From Octopus sinensis (lineage: Eukaryota): DNA of 64,000 bases. The notes beneath the pieces were generated by a model. It was not told where the DNA came from and searched no databases. It saw only the letters and a list, made by a program, of their open reading frames with translations. The stretch lies in assembly GCF_006345805.1 (NCBI RefSeq), contig NW_021833458.1:1-64000 (forward strand), in the 5' to 3' direction. Positions within the stretch are counted from its first letter, which is position 1; every line of letters begins with the position of its first letter. The position numbers and the translations under genes are program-made. This document shows positions 12,731 through 26,330 of this stretch, one piece after another.

Positions 12731-12813
12731 AAATAAACATCTTTTAAAATTGCATTTTTAAACCTTCTTTCATATATAATTCCTCTCGTGCGGTACCTTA
12801 CAAATCCACTTTG

Positions 12814-12886
<73 letters not shown>

Positions 12887-12891
12887 TATAC

Positions 12892-12962
<71 letters not shown>

Positions 12963-13755
12963 ATACATATGTATATATGTATGTATGAGTATGTATGTAT
13001 GTATGTATGTATGTATGTATGTATGCATGCATGTATGTATGTGTGTCTGTATGTGTGTATGTATGTGTGTGTATTGTGTGTACATAGACACATATAGACA
13101 AACGTACATGCATCCATGGATACACGTACACATATGTGTATGCATAGCCTAATGTATATATGTGCACTCTCGTAAGAACACATGTGCGAGTGAGTTCGTT
13201 AGACGTTTGGTATTGTGTAATATTTAACTCCGATATTATAATTATCGTCTCATTGTTTTATTTGATGGTGATGTCGTTGTATAGCATTGATATTAGTGAT
13301 GCATATTTTTTTTAATATTCTTTTGGGTTGTCGCCGTTTGAATTGGCGTCGTTGGAGTCGTTCTTTTACAAGTTAAGGCATTAATACAAAGTGTTATATA
13401 ACTACGTGCTTTGTCTGCAAAACTGCATTTGAACTGCATGAGATTTTAAGAATGTTCTGTACGTCTTGCTTCTTTCATTTTAACCGTTTGTCTAGTTCTT
13501 TCTTAAGAGTAATGTTGTTCTGATTCTTGTTGTTGTTGCTGCCGCTGCTGTTGTTGTTTTTGTTGTCGGTTATTTCCATTATTTTATACAACAATTGTAT
13601 TTTAAATCTAATTTCTCACTTTGGAGAATATGGGTGCTTAGCAAGTTTCATGATTCTATAACACATGAATTATTCACTGACTCGCACATATATATACATA
13701 AACACGTAGGTATACATGCAATTGTATATACTTCGACACATACACTATAAAGTAG

Positions 13756-13788
<33 letters not shown>

Positions 13789-13971
13789 CATAATATATAT
13801 ATATATATGTGTGTGTGTGTGCATGTGTGTGTGTATGTGTGTCTGTGTGCGTATATGTATATACATATCCGTATTTATATATATCCACACACACTCACTC
13901 ATGCATATGTCTACACTAAAGAATGCTTACGAAATCTAATCATTCACACACATATGTATATACATATATAC

Positions 13972-14045
<74 letters not shown>

Positions 14046-14660
14046 ATGTATATAAATATATATATACATGTGCTGTGCGTGAATATGTATATGTGCATGT
14101 ATGTCTGTGTATACATGTGTGTGTATATATGTATGTATATAAGTATATACATATATTTATATGTATTAGTAACTACAACACTCACAAAATAATCAATTAG
14201 CATGCATCTTTCTACGAATAAACACATATATTCGTAAATACATACATACATACATACATATGTACACACATGCATGAAGACAAACATTGCCCTGCTTCAA
14301 CCTACAAAGTTTGACGCTGTCAACGTCTGTTATAAATCATTTCAGAACTTTCACTAACTTCATAAAATTAATGATATGGTTAGATGTAAAAACAATGCGT
14401 TCATAGTTCACCATGTAATATAAGCAAACTTTACTCTACATGTAAATATATAAATACATACATAAATGGATATGGATACACGTATACATGCATACATACA
14501 TACATACATACATACATACATACATACATACATACATACATACATACATACATACATACATCCATACGTGGATACACGCATTTATTTGTATATATATGAA
14601 TGCATACGCATATAAGTGTATGTGTGTTTGTAAACATTATATACACATATATATATATAA

Positions 14661-14891
14661 TATTTCTTTACTACCCACAAGGGGTTAAACACAGAGGGGA
14701 CAAAGAAGGACAGACAAATAGATTAAGTCGATTACATCGACCCCAGCGCGTAACTGGTACTTAATTTATCGACCCCGAAAGGATGAAAGGCAAAGTCGAC
14801 CTCGGCGGAATTTGATCTCGGAACGTAACGACAGACGAAATACGGCTACGCATTTCGCCCGGCGTGCTAACGTTTCTACCAGCTCGCCGCC
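14661..14891 (-). mobile_element. SINE family A monomer
   Basis: Full head-to-tail match to the other A copies. Confidence 0.95.
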
Positions 14892-15090
14892 TATATACAC
14901 ATATATATATATAATTGCACATATATCTATCCTCTTCTCTCTTAGACAGAGGAAGAGACTGGAGGAGGGAAATGAGAATATTGGCGAGATACACAGACAT
15001 ACAGCGACAGACATATGTGCATGTTATATATATATATGTGTGTGAGTGTGTGTGCGTGTATTTATGAGTGAGAGAAAGAGAGAGAGACAC

Positions 15091-15157
<67 letters not shown>

Positions 15158-15284
15158 CATCTACAAAAGAAAATGCTGCGCTTAATTATTTGTAAACGGG
15201 AATGCTGGAGTCAGTATAAAGCACAACCGCCATCGTGATCATCATTCATTTTATTATTATTATTATTATTATTATTATATTATT

Positions 15285-15317
<33 letters not shown>

Positions 15318-16504
15318 ATTAGATTTTACTTTATGCTCATGTGTGAAAATAGGGTTTTAACCTCAGTGGGTGTAAGTGATTTTTTTTTCCAATTATCTTT
15401 AGTCTTTATAAATCTGATAAGTAAAGTTTGAGCATTTTCTATTTTGTTTTCTTTACGTTCAGTTTATCTTTCTTCATGTCTGAAATAATCCAATCAATGT
15501 TTCCATTGTTAAAAGATATCAGCTAAATGTCTTCCCTTTAAAATTTGCTATTTATTTGTCTTATTGAATTAAAATATTTGAAGTCATTTATACATATATT
15601 TATTTATTTATTTATTTTGCTCCTTCCGTTTCAGGGTTATTATTTTTCATTAAATTGAATTCTCGACGACACTTTGTATAATTATTTTCATTTTACAATC
15701 ATAAAACTCTATTATAGTTTAAGAGTGAACAAAACAAAAGATACCGCCCTCTATTGATGTGACAAAACGCTTAAGCATATCTTCTTTGAAATAGTTCATA
15801 TTCCTAAAGAAAATTTCTCGTTTAAACTTCGTTAAAATATTTCGTGAAATATTTCAGCGACTACAAACGCGTTTTATTGGCAGAACTTGTAGCTTGTTGG
15901 AAAAAATGCATCGAGGTATTTGCTTCCGTTCTTTACATTCAGATTTCAAATCCCGCCTTTATCAACTTTTCTCTTCAGCCTTTCAAAGGGCGGTAAAATG
16001 TGACACAAGTAATGTGCTGAGATCAGTTTTATCAACTCGCCTTTCCCCCAAAATGTCTGACCTTGTTCATATGTCAGAAAATATCGGTGCAACGGTGAAA
16101 TGTTTCACGCGTTGGAGGGAATACTTCTCCGGTTTTTGCTTCGGTTTCTGCATTTCGAGTACTAATACCAGAGACGCTTGCTCTGTCTTCCGTCATTTAT
16201 TAAAACGAAAACATAGTCGGCAAATACTAGCGTCGAAATTTCAATCTACATTGAGAAATTTGGGGATTATCTTAAAATGTTGGGGATAAGTAATAAGCGC
16301 AAGGTCAGCAATTTTAGGAGATGTGGTTAATGGATGCCATCACCCGAATTTTAGCGACCTGAAATGATAAAATACAAGGATAACCTCGACGGGATATGAT
16401 TTTATGACATGAAGACTCGCAAGGAATACGACAATCCAATTTGTCCAATGCTTTCCCGTTTCGGCCAGCTTGTATAATTTGGGGGATACATTAATTCTTT
16501 CCAG

Positions 16505-16594
16505 ATTTTTAATGGGTCATATTAAATTTGGCAGAAGGCTAGCAACTTTTTAAGGATGAGGAAAGGTGATTTGATCAACTCCAGTGCACAGGTG
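16505..16594 (+). other. Candidate non-coding exon
   Basis: ttctttccag| ... GTG|GTAAGT; 90 nt; stops in all three frames. Confidence 0.25.
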
Positions 16595-16689
16595 GTAAGT
16601 ATTTCATTAAACCCGAAACGACTGAAAGGCAACGGTCATCGTTGGTGGTAATTGAAATCTGAAAACTTAAAGGACGGAATAAAAGAGAA

Positions 16690-17118
16690 GACAGTAAGAG
16701 AAGGGGGAGAAGAAGAAGAAGGAGGAGGAGGAAAAGAAGAAGAAGAAGACGAAGAAAAAGATGAAGAAGGAGTAGAAGACAAGAAGAAAAAGAAAAAAGA
16801 AAAGAAGACAAGAAAAAGAAAAAGAAGAAAGAAAAGAAGACAAGAAGAAGAAAAAGAACAAAAAGAACAAAAGGAAGACGAAGAAGGGCAGGAGGAGAAG
16901 GAGGAAGAAAAGAAAAAGAAAACGACGGCGAAGCAGAAGAAGAAGAAAAAGAAGAAAAAGAAGAAGAAGAAGAAAAAGAAGAAGAAGAAGAAGAAGAAAA
17001 AGAAGAAGAAGAAGAAGAAGAAGAAGAAAAAGAAGAAGAAGAAGAAGAAAAAGAAGAAGAAGAAGAAGAAGAAGAAGAAGAAGAAGAAGAAGAAGAAGAA
17101 GAAGAAGAAGAAGAAGAA
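16690..17118 (+). repeat. Polypurine (GAA)n/(AAG)n tract, ~430 bp
   Basis: Directly visible; near-pure GAA from ~16935. Confidence 0.95.
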
Positions 17119-17165
17119 ATAGGAAGGCCAAAGTTTTTCTGGTGCAATCTTGTTCCTGTTGCCAG

Positions 17166-17259
17166 ATCATAATCGTGTAACGTTCACTTTCTGTTCCTTT
17201 GCATGGTGATTTTTGCCTTTGTTCTGTTGTGGATTTGCGTATCTGAAAACCGCTGAAAG
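17166..17259 (+). other. Candidate exon containing a short uORF MVIFAFVLLWICVSENR*
   Basis: tcttgttcctgttgccag| ... AAG|GTAAAA; 94 nt; no frame open throughout. Confidence 0.2.
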
Positions 17260-17832
17260 GTAAAATTCATAGAGTCTAGAGAGTTTTAAAATAGCACATG
17301 TATTACAGTTGGGTACAGAAAGCTTTGCAAGGGTGAAGGATGGTTCCCTCTCTTCATCACTGTCACACTTTGAGTAAAAGTAATTATTGTGTAGGATAAC
17401 TACAGCTATGCCTTTTTATACGGAAGTGTGTAGTTGTCAAAACAGACCCATGTGTCCCACCAAACATTGGTGCCATATGGTTTAAAGTGAACATTATCAG
17501 AAAGTCTATTGATGAAAATGAGGTCATTGCGGCACAGATGGATTGGTTTTAACATAACCGAAACCGTGGGAACCCAAGAGGTCATCGTTTCAACAAATGT
17601 TGGTATACTATTGCATTTCAGTCAAAGAAAGCTCTTTCTGTTCATACTACGACGTTGTGATATGTAATATGGGGCAACAGATACAAATTTCAGCATTTAC
17701 GAATCATAGATGGGTGGCTTTTACAGGAAATCTGTGCGTAAACATGATTGAAAACATTGTTATTTTCGGAGCAGCAACACAGTTTTTAATAAAGTTCTTG
17801 AGGACAAAATAGAAATGTGTGACTCAAACATA

Positions 17833-18178
17833 TATTCTTATATTCTTTTATCTGTTTCAGTCATTTGACTGCCGCCATGCTGGAACACTGCCTTGAAGGG
17901 TTTTATTTGAACAAATCGACCCCATTACTAATTTTTGATGTCTAATACTTATCCTATCGTTTTCTTTTATCGAACCACTGAGTTACCGGGACATAAACAC
18001 ACCAACATCAGTTGTCAAGCAATGGTAGCGGGGAGGACAAATACAGACACAAAAATATATACATATATATACGACGGGCTTCTTTCAGTGTCTCTCTACA
18101 AAATCCACTGCAACGCTTTGGTCGGCCCGAGACTATAGCAGACGACAGTCACCCAAGGTGCCATGCAGTGGGACTAAA
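17833..18178 (-). mobile_element. SINE family B (5' truncated)
   Basis: Matches head core and tail of 37273-37682. Confidence 0.9.
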
Positions 18179-19044
18179 TGTTCTTACTACATCGCCACGA
18201 CCATTTTTCTTCGCTTCATGGTCTTGCATTTTACCGATTTTGGTTACTTTTATACAGTGAGGGCAGACAGTTTTCTGCACAAAAACAGGCTATGTTTTAG
18301 TCTCATTCGTCCTAAATTCTATTACTTGAATTAATTTAGTTCTTCATCTCTGTTTTAATTCCCATATCCTATCAATCTTTTTTAATGAGAATACCGAGTT
18401 TTTTTTCTTATTTCAATGTTAAAATATCTGCTATTTTCTAGTCCACGAAGGTGACAGATCCTCCAACGTATCTGACTTTTACAAACATATTTTCAGTACC
18501 TTTCATTCTATTTTATTTTTCATTTTCTTATGGAAATGACTATATATACTCTGCTGCTGAGAAAACGAAGCAATAACAATTATTAACATGTGAAAACCAT
18601 TTGGACGTTGAGACAGAATGTTTTTGCCTGAGTTTAAATCATGTAGCTTGTTCCCAAACATTAATCTGATACTTAAGATATTAATGGCTGAAAGTTGTTC
18701 AAATATTTCCAGAAGAAAACAATGAAATATTTATATAATTTCACTTTAAGATATGTCACAATAGCAAAACTGGGCGTTGAAGACAACTTAGAGTTTGTAA
18801 ACTACTTAACATATATTAGGAATCAATATTTTATCACTTCATCATTTGATTGTCATGGAAATATGCTAAATAAACCCTGTTTTTCCCCCATAAAAACCAA
18901 ACTATTCTGAGCGGAATGTATATGAAAATTTCATTAAATTTGGGTGTTGTTTTTAGAAAAATAGAAAACTCTGGAATTTCTTCTTTATTTTTGTAAGTCA
19001 CCGTAGATATTATCGCATTACGAGTGACAAATCTGCTCGTACTG

Positions 19045-19080
19045 CTGCTGCTGCTGCTGCTGCTGCTACTACTACTACTA

Positions 19081-19113
<33 letters not shown>

Positions 19114-19114
19114 A

Positions 19115-19163
<49 letters not shown>
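19045..19163. repeat. (CTG)n-(CTA)n microsatellite
   Basis: Directly visible. Confidence 0.95.
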
Positions 19164-19361
19164 AGTGTAGCCACTATAGCGGTAATAATGGCTTGTATTC
19201 TTAGGCACGGGGCCAACAATTTTGAGGGATGTAAGTAAGTCATGACAACTGAGTCAAGTAGTTATCTGGTACATTATTCTATTGACAGCGAGAGGTTAAA
19301 AGGAAAAGTTGAAATCGGTGCTATCCGACTGGCCTGCAATTTCAATTGCACATCACCTTAC

Positions 19362-19407
<46 letters not shown>

Positions 19408-19431
19408 TAATAATAATAACAATAAATAATG

Positions 19432-19462
<31 letters not shown>

Positions 19463-20014
19463 GCCCTGATGCAGTACCAGGCAGTGGCTCTCATGGCTTC
19501 TGATCTTAACTGATTGGAAGTGTTATCATGTACGTTGTTTTGTCTTTGTATAAAAGATGGGCTACAGCAAACATTCTGCTCAATACCACAGATTTGCTTG
19601 TCAGTTGTTTGACCTTAACCAGTTGAGCATGTCCCTTAGTGGCTGACGATATGTGCATCTCTGATCACGAGCAGAAGTAGTGGGGGAGCATCATAGCCAT
19701 GTGTTGAGAGGGATTCTTGGGGTTTGAATAGTTCACCTCTGGAATATGGGTGGTTCTTTCAACATCCTTAAACAACCCTTATTCAGGGACCGTTTGAGCG
19801 GGATGGGCTACTCAACCTGAAGAAAATTCTAACTGGGCCCCACCTGCAAGGTCATGTGCTGTTTATCTTGATATGAGATCACCATGTCGCGCACATATGG
19901 TTGTGATGCATGTGCCTGGTGTACCTTTATCAGACGGGTAGTCATGATGGGTATATTGGGCTTCGTATATTTTACCCCAGTGTCACTTTGATGGCATGAA
20001 CTGCTCTCTCACTC
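19463..20014. mobile_element. 552-bp interspersed element embedded in (AAT)n; class uncertain
   Basis: (AAT)n on both sides; a second degenerate copy follows at 20043-20548. Confidence 0.7.
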
Positions 20015-20042
20015 AATAATAATAATAATAATAATATTAAAT

Positions 20043-20134
20043 GCCCTCACGATGTACCAGACTGGCTCTCGTGGCTCCTGATCTTAACTGATTGGAAATG
20101 TTATCATGTACAGTTTTGTCTTGGTATATAATAA

Positions 20135-20167
<33 letters not shown>

Positions 20168-20548
20168 AACAACAACAATAATAATAATAATGATAATGAT
20201 GATGATGATAATAATAATAATATTAATATAATTAATAATAATATAATAATATAATAATATAATAATAATATAATAAATATAATAATAATAAGAAGAAGAA
20301 GAAGAAGAAGAAGAAGAAAGAAGAAGAAGAAGAAAAAGAATTCAAGAACCTTTTGGGCGGGATAGGTTTCTCAATCTAAAGAAAATTCTAACTGGGCATC
20401 ACCAGCAAGGTCATGAGACCACCGTGTCGTGCACAAGTCGTTGTTATGCATGTGCCTGGTTACCATTACCAGATGGGTAGCTAAGATGAGTATACCGGGC
20501 TTTGTATATGTTACCCCTAGTGTCATTTTCATGACGTGAAATGCCATC
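20043..20548. mobile_element. Older, internally deleted copy of the 552-bp element
   Basis: 20043-20127 aligns to 19463-19550; 20345-20548 aligns to ~19785-20005; AAT/GAA microsatellite lies between. Confidence 0.75.
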
Positions 20549-20549
20549 A

Positions 20550-20584
<35 letters not shown>

Positions 20585-20589
20585 TAATA

Positions 20590-21140
20590 GCTTCATCTGT
20601 AATAGAGTGCATGAAACCATTGCCCACTATCACAAACAAATGTCCAACGCTTGCCCCAAACCACTGAAAGTTGTGGAGACAGGAACACATAGCGAAAGGC
20701 TACATTGGAAACTGTGTGAAAAGTTGGGATTAGAGTGAGGCAAGACGTGGTATGAGCAAAACCCACAATGAGTGGCGGAGTTGGAGACTATAAAAATCCT
20801 CTGGGATTTCCCAATCCACACAAATCAGGTGCTAGAGCACAACAGACCCGACCTAGTGGCGGTGGACAAGGTGCAACATATATGCTATATAGTTGATATT
20901 GCATGCCTCTTTGAGTAACAAATCTTCAAGAAGGAAGGCAATAAATAGATAAATACAACCCTTTTCAGTACGAAATAGCCAGCCCTGCTATGGAAAATAA
21001 AACTGGTGAAAATAGTGCCAATTATTGTTGGGTCCTTGGGGACAGTATCAGAAGGCATCAAGAGGAATATCAAGGAAACTGTTGCAAAAGGTTTGCCTCC
21101 TTGGCATGGCCAGAATAATCTGGAAAGCATTAGATAGCAG
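20590..21140 (+). pseudogene. R4/Dong-clade LINE: CCHC finger, restriction-like endonuclease and ORF end (disrupted)
   Basis: Translation ETIAHITNKCPTLA..LHWKLC..WDFPIHTNQVLEHNRPDLVAVDK..IVDIAC..KY..IIVGSLGTV..QKVCLLGMARII fits the RLE PD-D motif family. Confidence 0.85.
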
Positions 21141-21152
21141 AAAAGAACGAAT

Positions 21153-21870
21153 AGTGTTATCATGTATATTGTTTTAGCTTGATCTTATACTGCTACAAAC
21201 AAACTTCCTGTCTCCCTGTTCATCCTTCCTTCCTTTCTGCAACCTTAAGCATGTCTTACTATTACTCTTTGCTGCATCTTTTGGAACCTAGCTGCAAAGC
21301 CTTCTCCTGCCAGTCAGATAACTTTTGTTCTTCTTTTCTGGTTTTTAACTTCGTTTGGTGTTTTTTGGTTTTCCTAAGTCTTGCTGTGACTCTATCAGCT
21401 CTTAATTTACTTCCTTCACTATTACATACATAAGAGCCTATATTTATTCAAGCTAACTCCACGCAGTCTTCTGCTAATATTTAACCTCTTCCACCTTCCT
21501 TCCTAGGTAAGTATAGTCTTGCTACTCCTGTCTTTGGGCGGAGTCCTCCATTCATATTGAATTCCTTCTTAGTTCTTCTCTCTAGCTTTGCTAATTCAGG
21601 TTTGTCCAATATTCAAAAGCTGCTGAGTATCTAAGTAAGGATACCACCCAAGTATTTACAGCCTTCACTAGATTCGGACTATTTAGCTTTGACTTCATGT
21701 GCTTCCTCACCCTTTTGATATACTCTTCAATTTTCGTTTTCGTGTCTATAGTTAGTACTCTGTCAGATTCTAATACTTCCAGATGCTTATAAATCTCTCC
21801 TTCTTTCAGTGATTATAATGTCTGGTCATCTGGTAACTGGATACCTTCGCTGTCGACTATTTGTCCACTT
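21153..21870 (-). pseudogene. R4/Dong-clade LINE: RT C-terminal/thumb region (disrupted)
   Basis: Translation YKHLEVLE..SKLNSPNLVKAVNTWVVSLLRYSA..RLYLPRKEGGRG..RETGSLFVAV*DQA. Confidence 0.85.
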
Positions 21871-22332
21871 TTCCGGACAGATATTGCTCACTAATCTATT
21901 CGCGAGTCAAATAGTCTCGTTAAATCCTTTACCGTTCATTTCATCGTCAGTTCTGTTCGTCATCGGTTTGTCGTCAGTACTCAAACCAGACTGTCATTCA
22001 AATATCTCATTTTGTATATTCTGGTTTCAATTCCTAGTATTTGTTTCGGCATCGGTTCAAATTGCATGCCTGAAAATTGCACAGTTCCTTAATTCAGGAA
22101 GACGGGTAAGTGTTGAATCACTACAATGATAGGTTGTTTCAGGCAGCATTTCGCTAACATACAAAGCATAACTATATCAACATGTAAAGTAAATGAATTA
22201 ATATATTACGTAAAAGAAAGGTGTACGTAACGTAAAAATAATGAATATGTAACGTAAAGAAATTGCTACGTAATGTAAAGAAATAAATTATGTCCCATAC
22301 AGGAAATAAATTTCAGAGATAAAATATAAAAT

Positions 22333-22576
22333 AAATGTGCCCTTTTTTAAAGCCTAGCCAGGCTTATGGGCCCGGTTTCCATGGCGTATGTGTTCCTGAG
22401 ATTGGATGGGACGCCATTCCATCGCAGTGTTACTAATTTTTGCCAGCTGAGTGGACTGGAGCAACGTAAAACGAAGTGTTTTGCTGAAGAAAACAACGCG
22501 TCGCCCGGTCCAGGAATTGAAACCACACTCTTACGATCCTGATGCCGACACCCTAACCACTAAGCCACTCGCCTCC
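22333..22576 (-). mobile_element. tRNA-derived SINE family C
   Basis: A-box ggcttagtggttag, B-box gtttcaattcc; its tail ggcccat.agcctggctaggctttaaaa recurs at 27735-27800. Confidence 0.85.
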
Positions 22577-23680
22577 ACAAATTCCAGAGATATAACGAAG
22601 ATAACAATGAGAATATCTTGTATAACTGTCGAGGAAGTGAGCGGTTGCACTGTAGTAGGTAGACATCTAAGGAAGTTATTCCGCAATGAGATTTGAACTC
22701 GTCTTTTTGCGTTACGGATTTCTTATCAACACGGCTATGACTATGTATTTTAAAGTTTATTCATTTCGGAAAGAAAGTAATATTAAAAGACCATTTGCAT
22801 ATCAACAACTTGCTATTCCAGACATTCGTCTTAACTATAAATCGCTAATAGATTTCCTGGAATAACTCGATATCACGTTTCAAGTAAACATATATATGTT
22901 ATTGAGATATTATAGTCGACGTTGTATCCATGTTATTAATATTGTTCTTATTGTTAGCTTGTAGAATCTACTCATGTTTTCATATTTTTCAATTTATTAT
23001 ATTGCTTTTTTTTTCATTCTTTTTTTTAACATTTTATATTCATTAAAATCATTTTCTTGATCAAAGTGCTTTTCCAAAAAAATTTAAATAATTAAATAAT
23101 GAAGGGATGATTAAAACGGTTTCAATATAAAGTTGAAGAGACTCTTAACATTTAAACCATTAATTTCAATGAATTAGACTAATCAGTGAATTTAATCTGC
23201 TAATTATTACTGTTATTTTTCTTGATATTATGTAAAAGCATATTGTTTAGATGCAGTAGTTATACGATATATATTTTATCTCATATATATGTTTGTACAT
23301 ATATGCATGCGGGCGTACAAACGCACACATATGCATGTATATGTGTTATGTGTATATGTGCAAACACAGTCTCTTTCTGAGACGCTCGCTCTTTTTCTCT
23401 TTCATTGCTACATACATAGATATATACAGGCAAAAACATGAACTGTTACGCACGTTTATGTATACTTCCATATCATGTGAAGTAGTTATCACATTAATTA
23501 CTGTGAAACAAAGAATTGGACGCAGGAAGCAATGAGAGAAATATTTCCTATTTAATAGCAACATCTTGGAATCTTAATGTGTTTTCCGTGTATCATTTTG
23601 AAAAGATGTTGGTTTTCGAACACCACGACAGACATACAAACACACACATACATACAGATACATATATGCATATATAAATA

Positions 23681-23772
<92 letters not shown>

Positions 23773-24942
23773 ATATTATATATATATATATATTATATAC
23801 TATATATTGCATGTTTTTATATTCAAGGGCTCCCTGTGATTTTTCTTTCAAAGAACGTCTAAAATACATCGAAACCTCGATATCCGCTTATTATTTGCCA
23901 TTGACAAATTCCATAAAAGATCGCATTCAGGCAGAATACGATTTTACTCTGCTTCTGTAAGCAGGTCTTCATCGACCTCATAAGTAACATTTGCATGCTT
24001 TCATACACACAGAAAGACGGTTTACTACTTCATTATGCAAATATATCTGGAAATTGAAAAAGAAGAATATTACTAAATATAAAACGATATACACATATAT
24101 TCCACATGCAAAATCAAGTGACGTTCTTTATCTTCAGTACCTTGCGTACTAAAAAGCCCCATTAGCAATGAAATTTTCCCTTCGATCAACATTTATTTCT
24201 GAATAAATGATTTTTTAAAATATACAGCTGTATCCAACTGTATGGCTAATCGACAAAAGACAGTAACAAAAGACAATGTTAGTTGAAAATTCATCACTAA
24301 ACATCATTGGTAGGCCGGCACAGATACATCGATTCTAATCCTTTGTTCAAAACTAAAATAAAATCTGTAATGTTATGTTACTCTCTTCTGCAATACATAA
24401 GTAGCACCTTCCGGGACAATGAATATAGAGGAATGCTTTCATTAAGGTACAGATCAGTATTTCAAAATATAAATATCATTTCGGATCCAGCTAGATTTCG
24501 ATATTTATATAACAGGTAACATTTCTGAGTACAGAAAAGTCTATTTATATACGTCCTTTGCCAAAATACTTTTTAAAGGATCTTCAATAAAACGCAGCTG
24601 TTGAGTAGAAGAAAGACCCTATAATCTCGTACGAAACTAATATTTTTGAAAACTACATATTTTTGTGGGTTCAGATATATACTTATAAAAGATGATTTTA
24701 CAACGTTCAGACTGAAAATATTTCTGTTTATGATAAGTATGAATGGGGAATGGAGTTTTAATTCCACTGCTACTCATCATAGATTTGTCTGTATTTGTCT
24801 GTATTTATTATCATCCTAGTGATATATTTATGGTTTACAGATGAAAGCTTATCCATATTTTTTCATATAATCAGATTTAACATGTTCCCTAAGCGGCATA
24901 CACTCAAATTTAGAGGGCATTGTTAGTCCTTAAATCTCTCTC

Positions 24943-25319
24943 TCTATATATAAACGGCAAAATGTCTATCTGTATGTGTGCGTGCGTGTCCTTTATACAA
25001 ATCCACAATTTTTCAGTTAGAGGGCTCGCACTTTCTTATGGTCATTCAAAGCCGTCCAAGGGTGTTTGTGCCCATCTTTACATTTCCCCAGTCACCCCGC
25101 AAAGCCATTAAAAAATCAATAGAAGTGACTTTTTTGTGAATTTTCTATCCAAAACCCAGTCAAAATGCCCAAAACTTGATACGCCAATTGAATGCCAGCT
25201 AGCTGTATGTGATTGGTCAGAGATTTGGACAGTACTTGCGTGTATGTGCGCACGCACGCACGCAGCTGTATATGCATGCACTACCACTATGACCCGGCGT
25301 TGCCGTGTCGTAGTGCTAG
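24943..25319 (+). mobile_element. Non-autonomous Helitron
   Basis: 5' TC-TATATATAAA; hairpin gacccggc-gtt-gccgtgtc; 3' CTAG followed by T. Confidence 0.75.
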
Positions 25320-26073
25320 TCATTTATAATTTTTAAAACGTCCCAAGGCGATGACGTGGCAGAATCGTTTGCTCGACGGGCAAAATGTTCAGCGTCTGGT
25401 CTATGACACAGACACAAAGAAAAGAAAGATGATCACATAGTGATTATTGTTCTCTAATTGTACATATCACGCCGTTTTATTATTTATTTCTCTAATTTTC
25501 AACGTCTTTTATTTTATCGTACTTTATTATCTCTTCTCTGATTTCAATCTTTGTGTTGATACTCTCTCACTTTTTTTTAACATAAATGAACTCTCCCGCT
25601 TAACTTTTAACTTTGGTATACTCCCCATCTTTTCTTCTGACCTAAGTATACTCTCACTTCAGCTTTACTTCTCTCTATTCTTAATGATTTCTCCTTCACT
25701 TTAAAACACCCTTTTCTCTCCTCGAGTCTGTCGAGACGCAGTCATCTAACATTACAATTGCATTTATTCAATTCTCTTCTATAATAAACAAACTGTCCTC
25801 AAGATTTTCACACATCTTATTTACATGGGAACAACTTTAGACATCGTTCAACCCCATTCTCACTAAAATATTGCTTTCTATACCACTACCCTACTTTCTT
25901 ATATTTCTTAGTATTTTTAGTCACTTATATAACAGAAGAGCCTTGTGTTCCGTTTTGTCCATAAAATTTACTTCAACGTGGTCCGTCATTCGCAGCAGTG
26001 AAAGACGTACCTCGTACTCTTACGTTTTTCTGTTTATATTTCTGTCCCACTTATATATGTATATATCTACATT

Positions 26074-26330
26074 CATATGAGAGGGATGATAACTATGTGG
26101 ACAACCCTTATGCTAGAAGAAGATCCGCTATGGTCTTACGACTAAGAAATGTTCTCAAGAAAATTTCGGATCTACTTCTAGCATAAGGGTTGTCCACATA
26201 GTAGTCATTCCTCTCATATGTATGTAATACAATTTTCTGAACCTTCAGATTTTAACATGCTAGACCACTGGTTTTAAATTAATGTTAATCAAATTAATAT
26301 CCAATTTTTCATCCTCATTTTAAATTTATG
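26074..26330. mobile_element. Foldback element: 54-bp inverted arms (26074-26127, 26167-26220), 39-nt loop, shared 3' tail
   Basis: catatgagagggatga..ctatgtggacaacccttatgctagaag.agatccg and its reverse complement. Confidence 0.85.

Noticed and set aside
15894-16289. 131-aa ORF in non-repetitive sequence
   Set aside because: No recognisable domain, non-ATG start in the track, no supporting splice pattern.
16575-17170. Poly-K/E, poly-S and poly-L ORFs
   Set aside because: Products of the GAA tract.
22500-22576. tRNA-like heads (also 28430-28490, 37273-37345 and others) as tRNA genes
   Set aside because: They run directly into SINE bodies and do not form complete cloverleaves.
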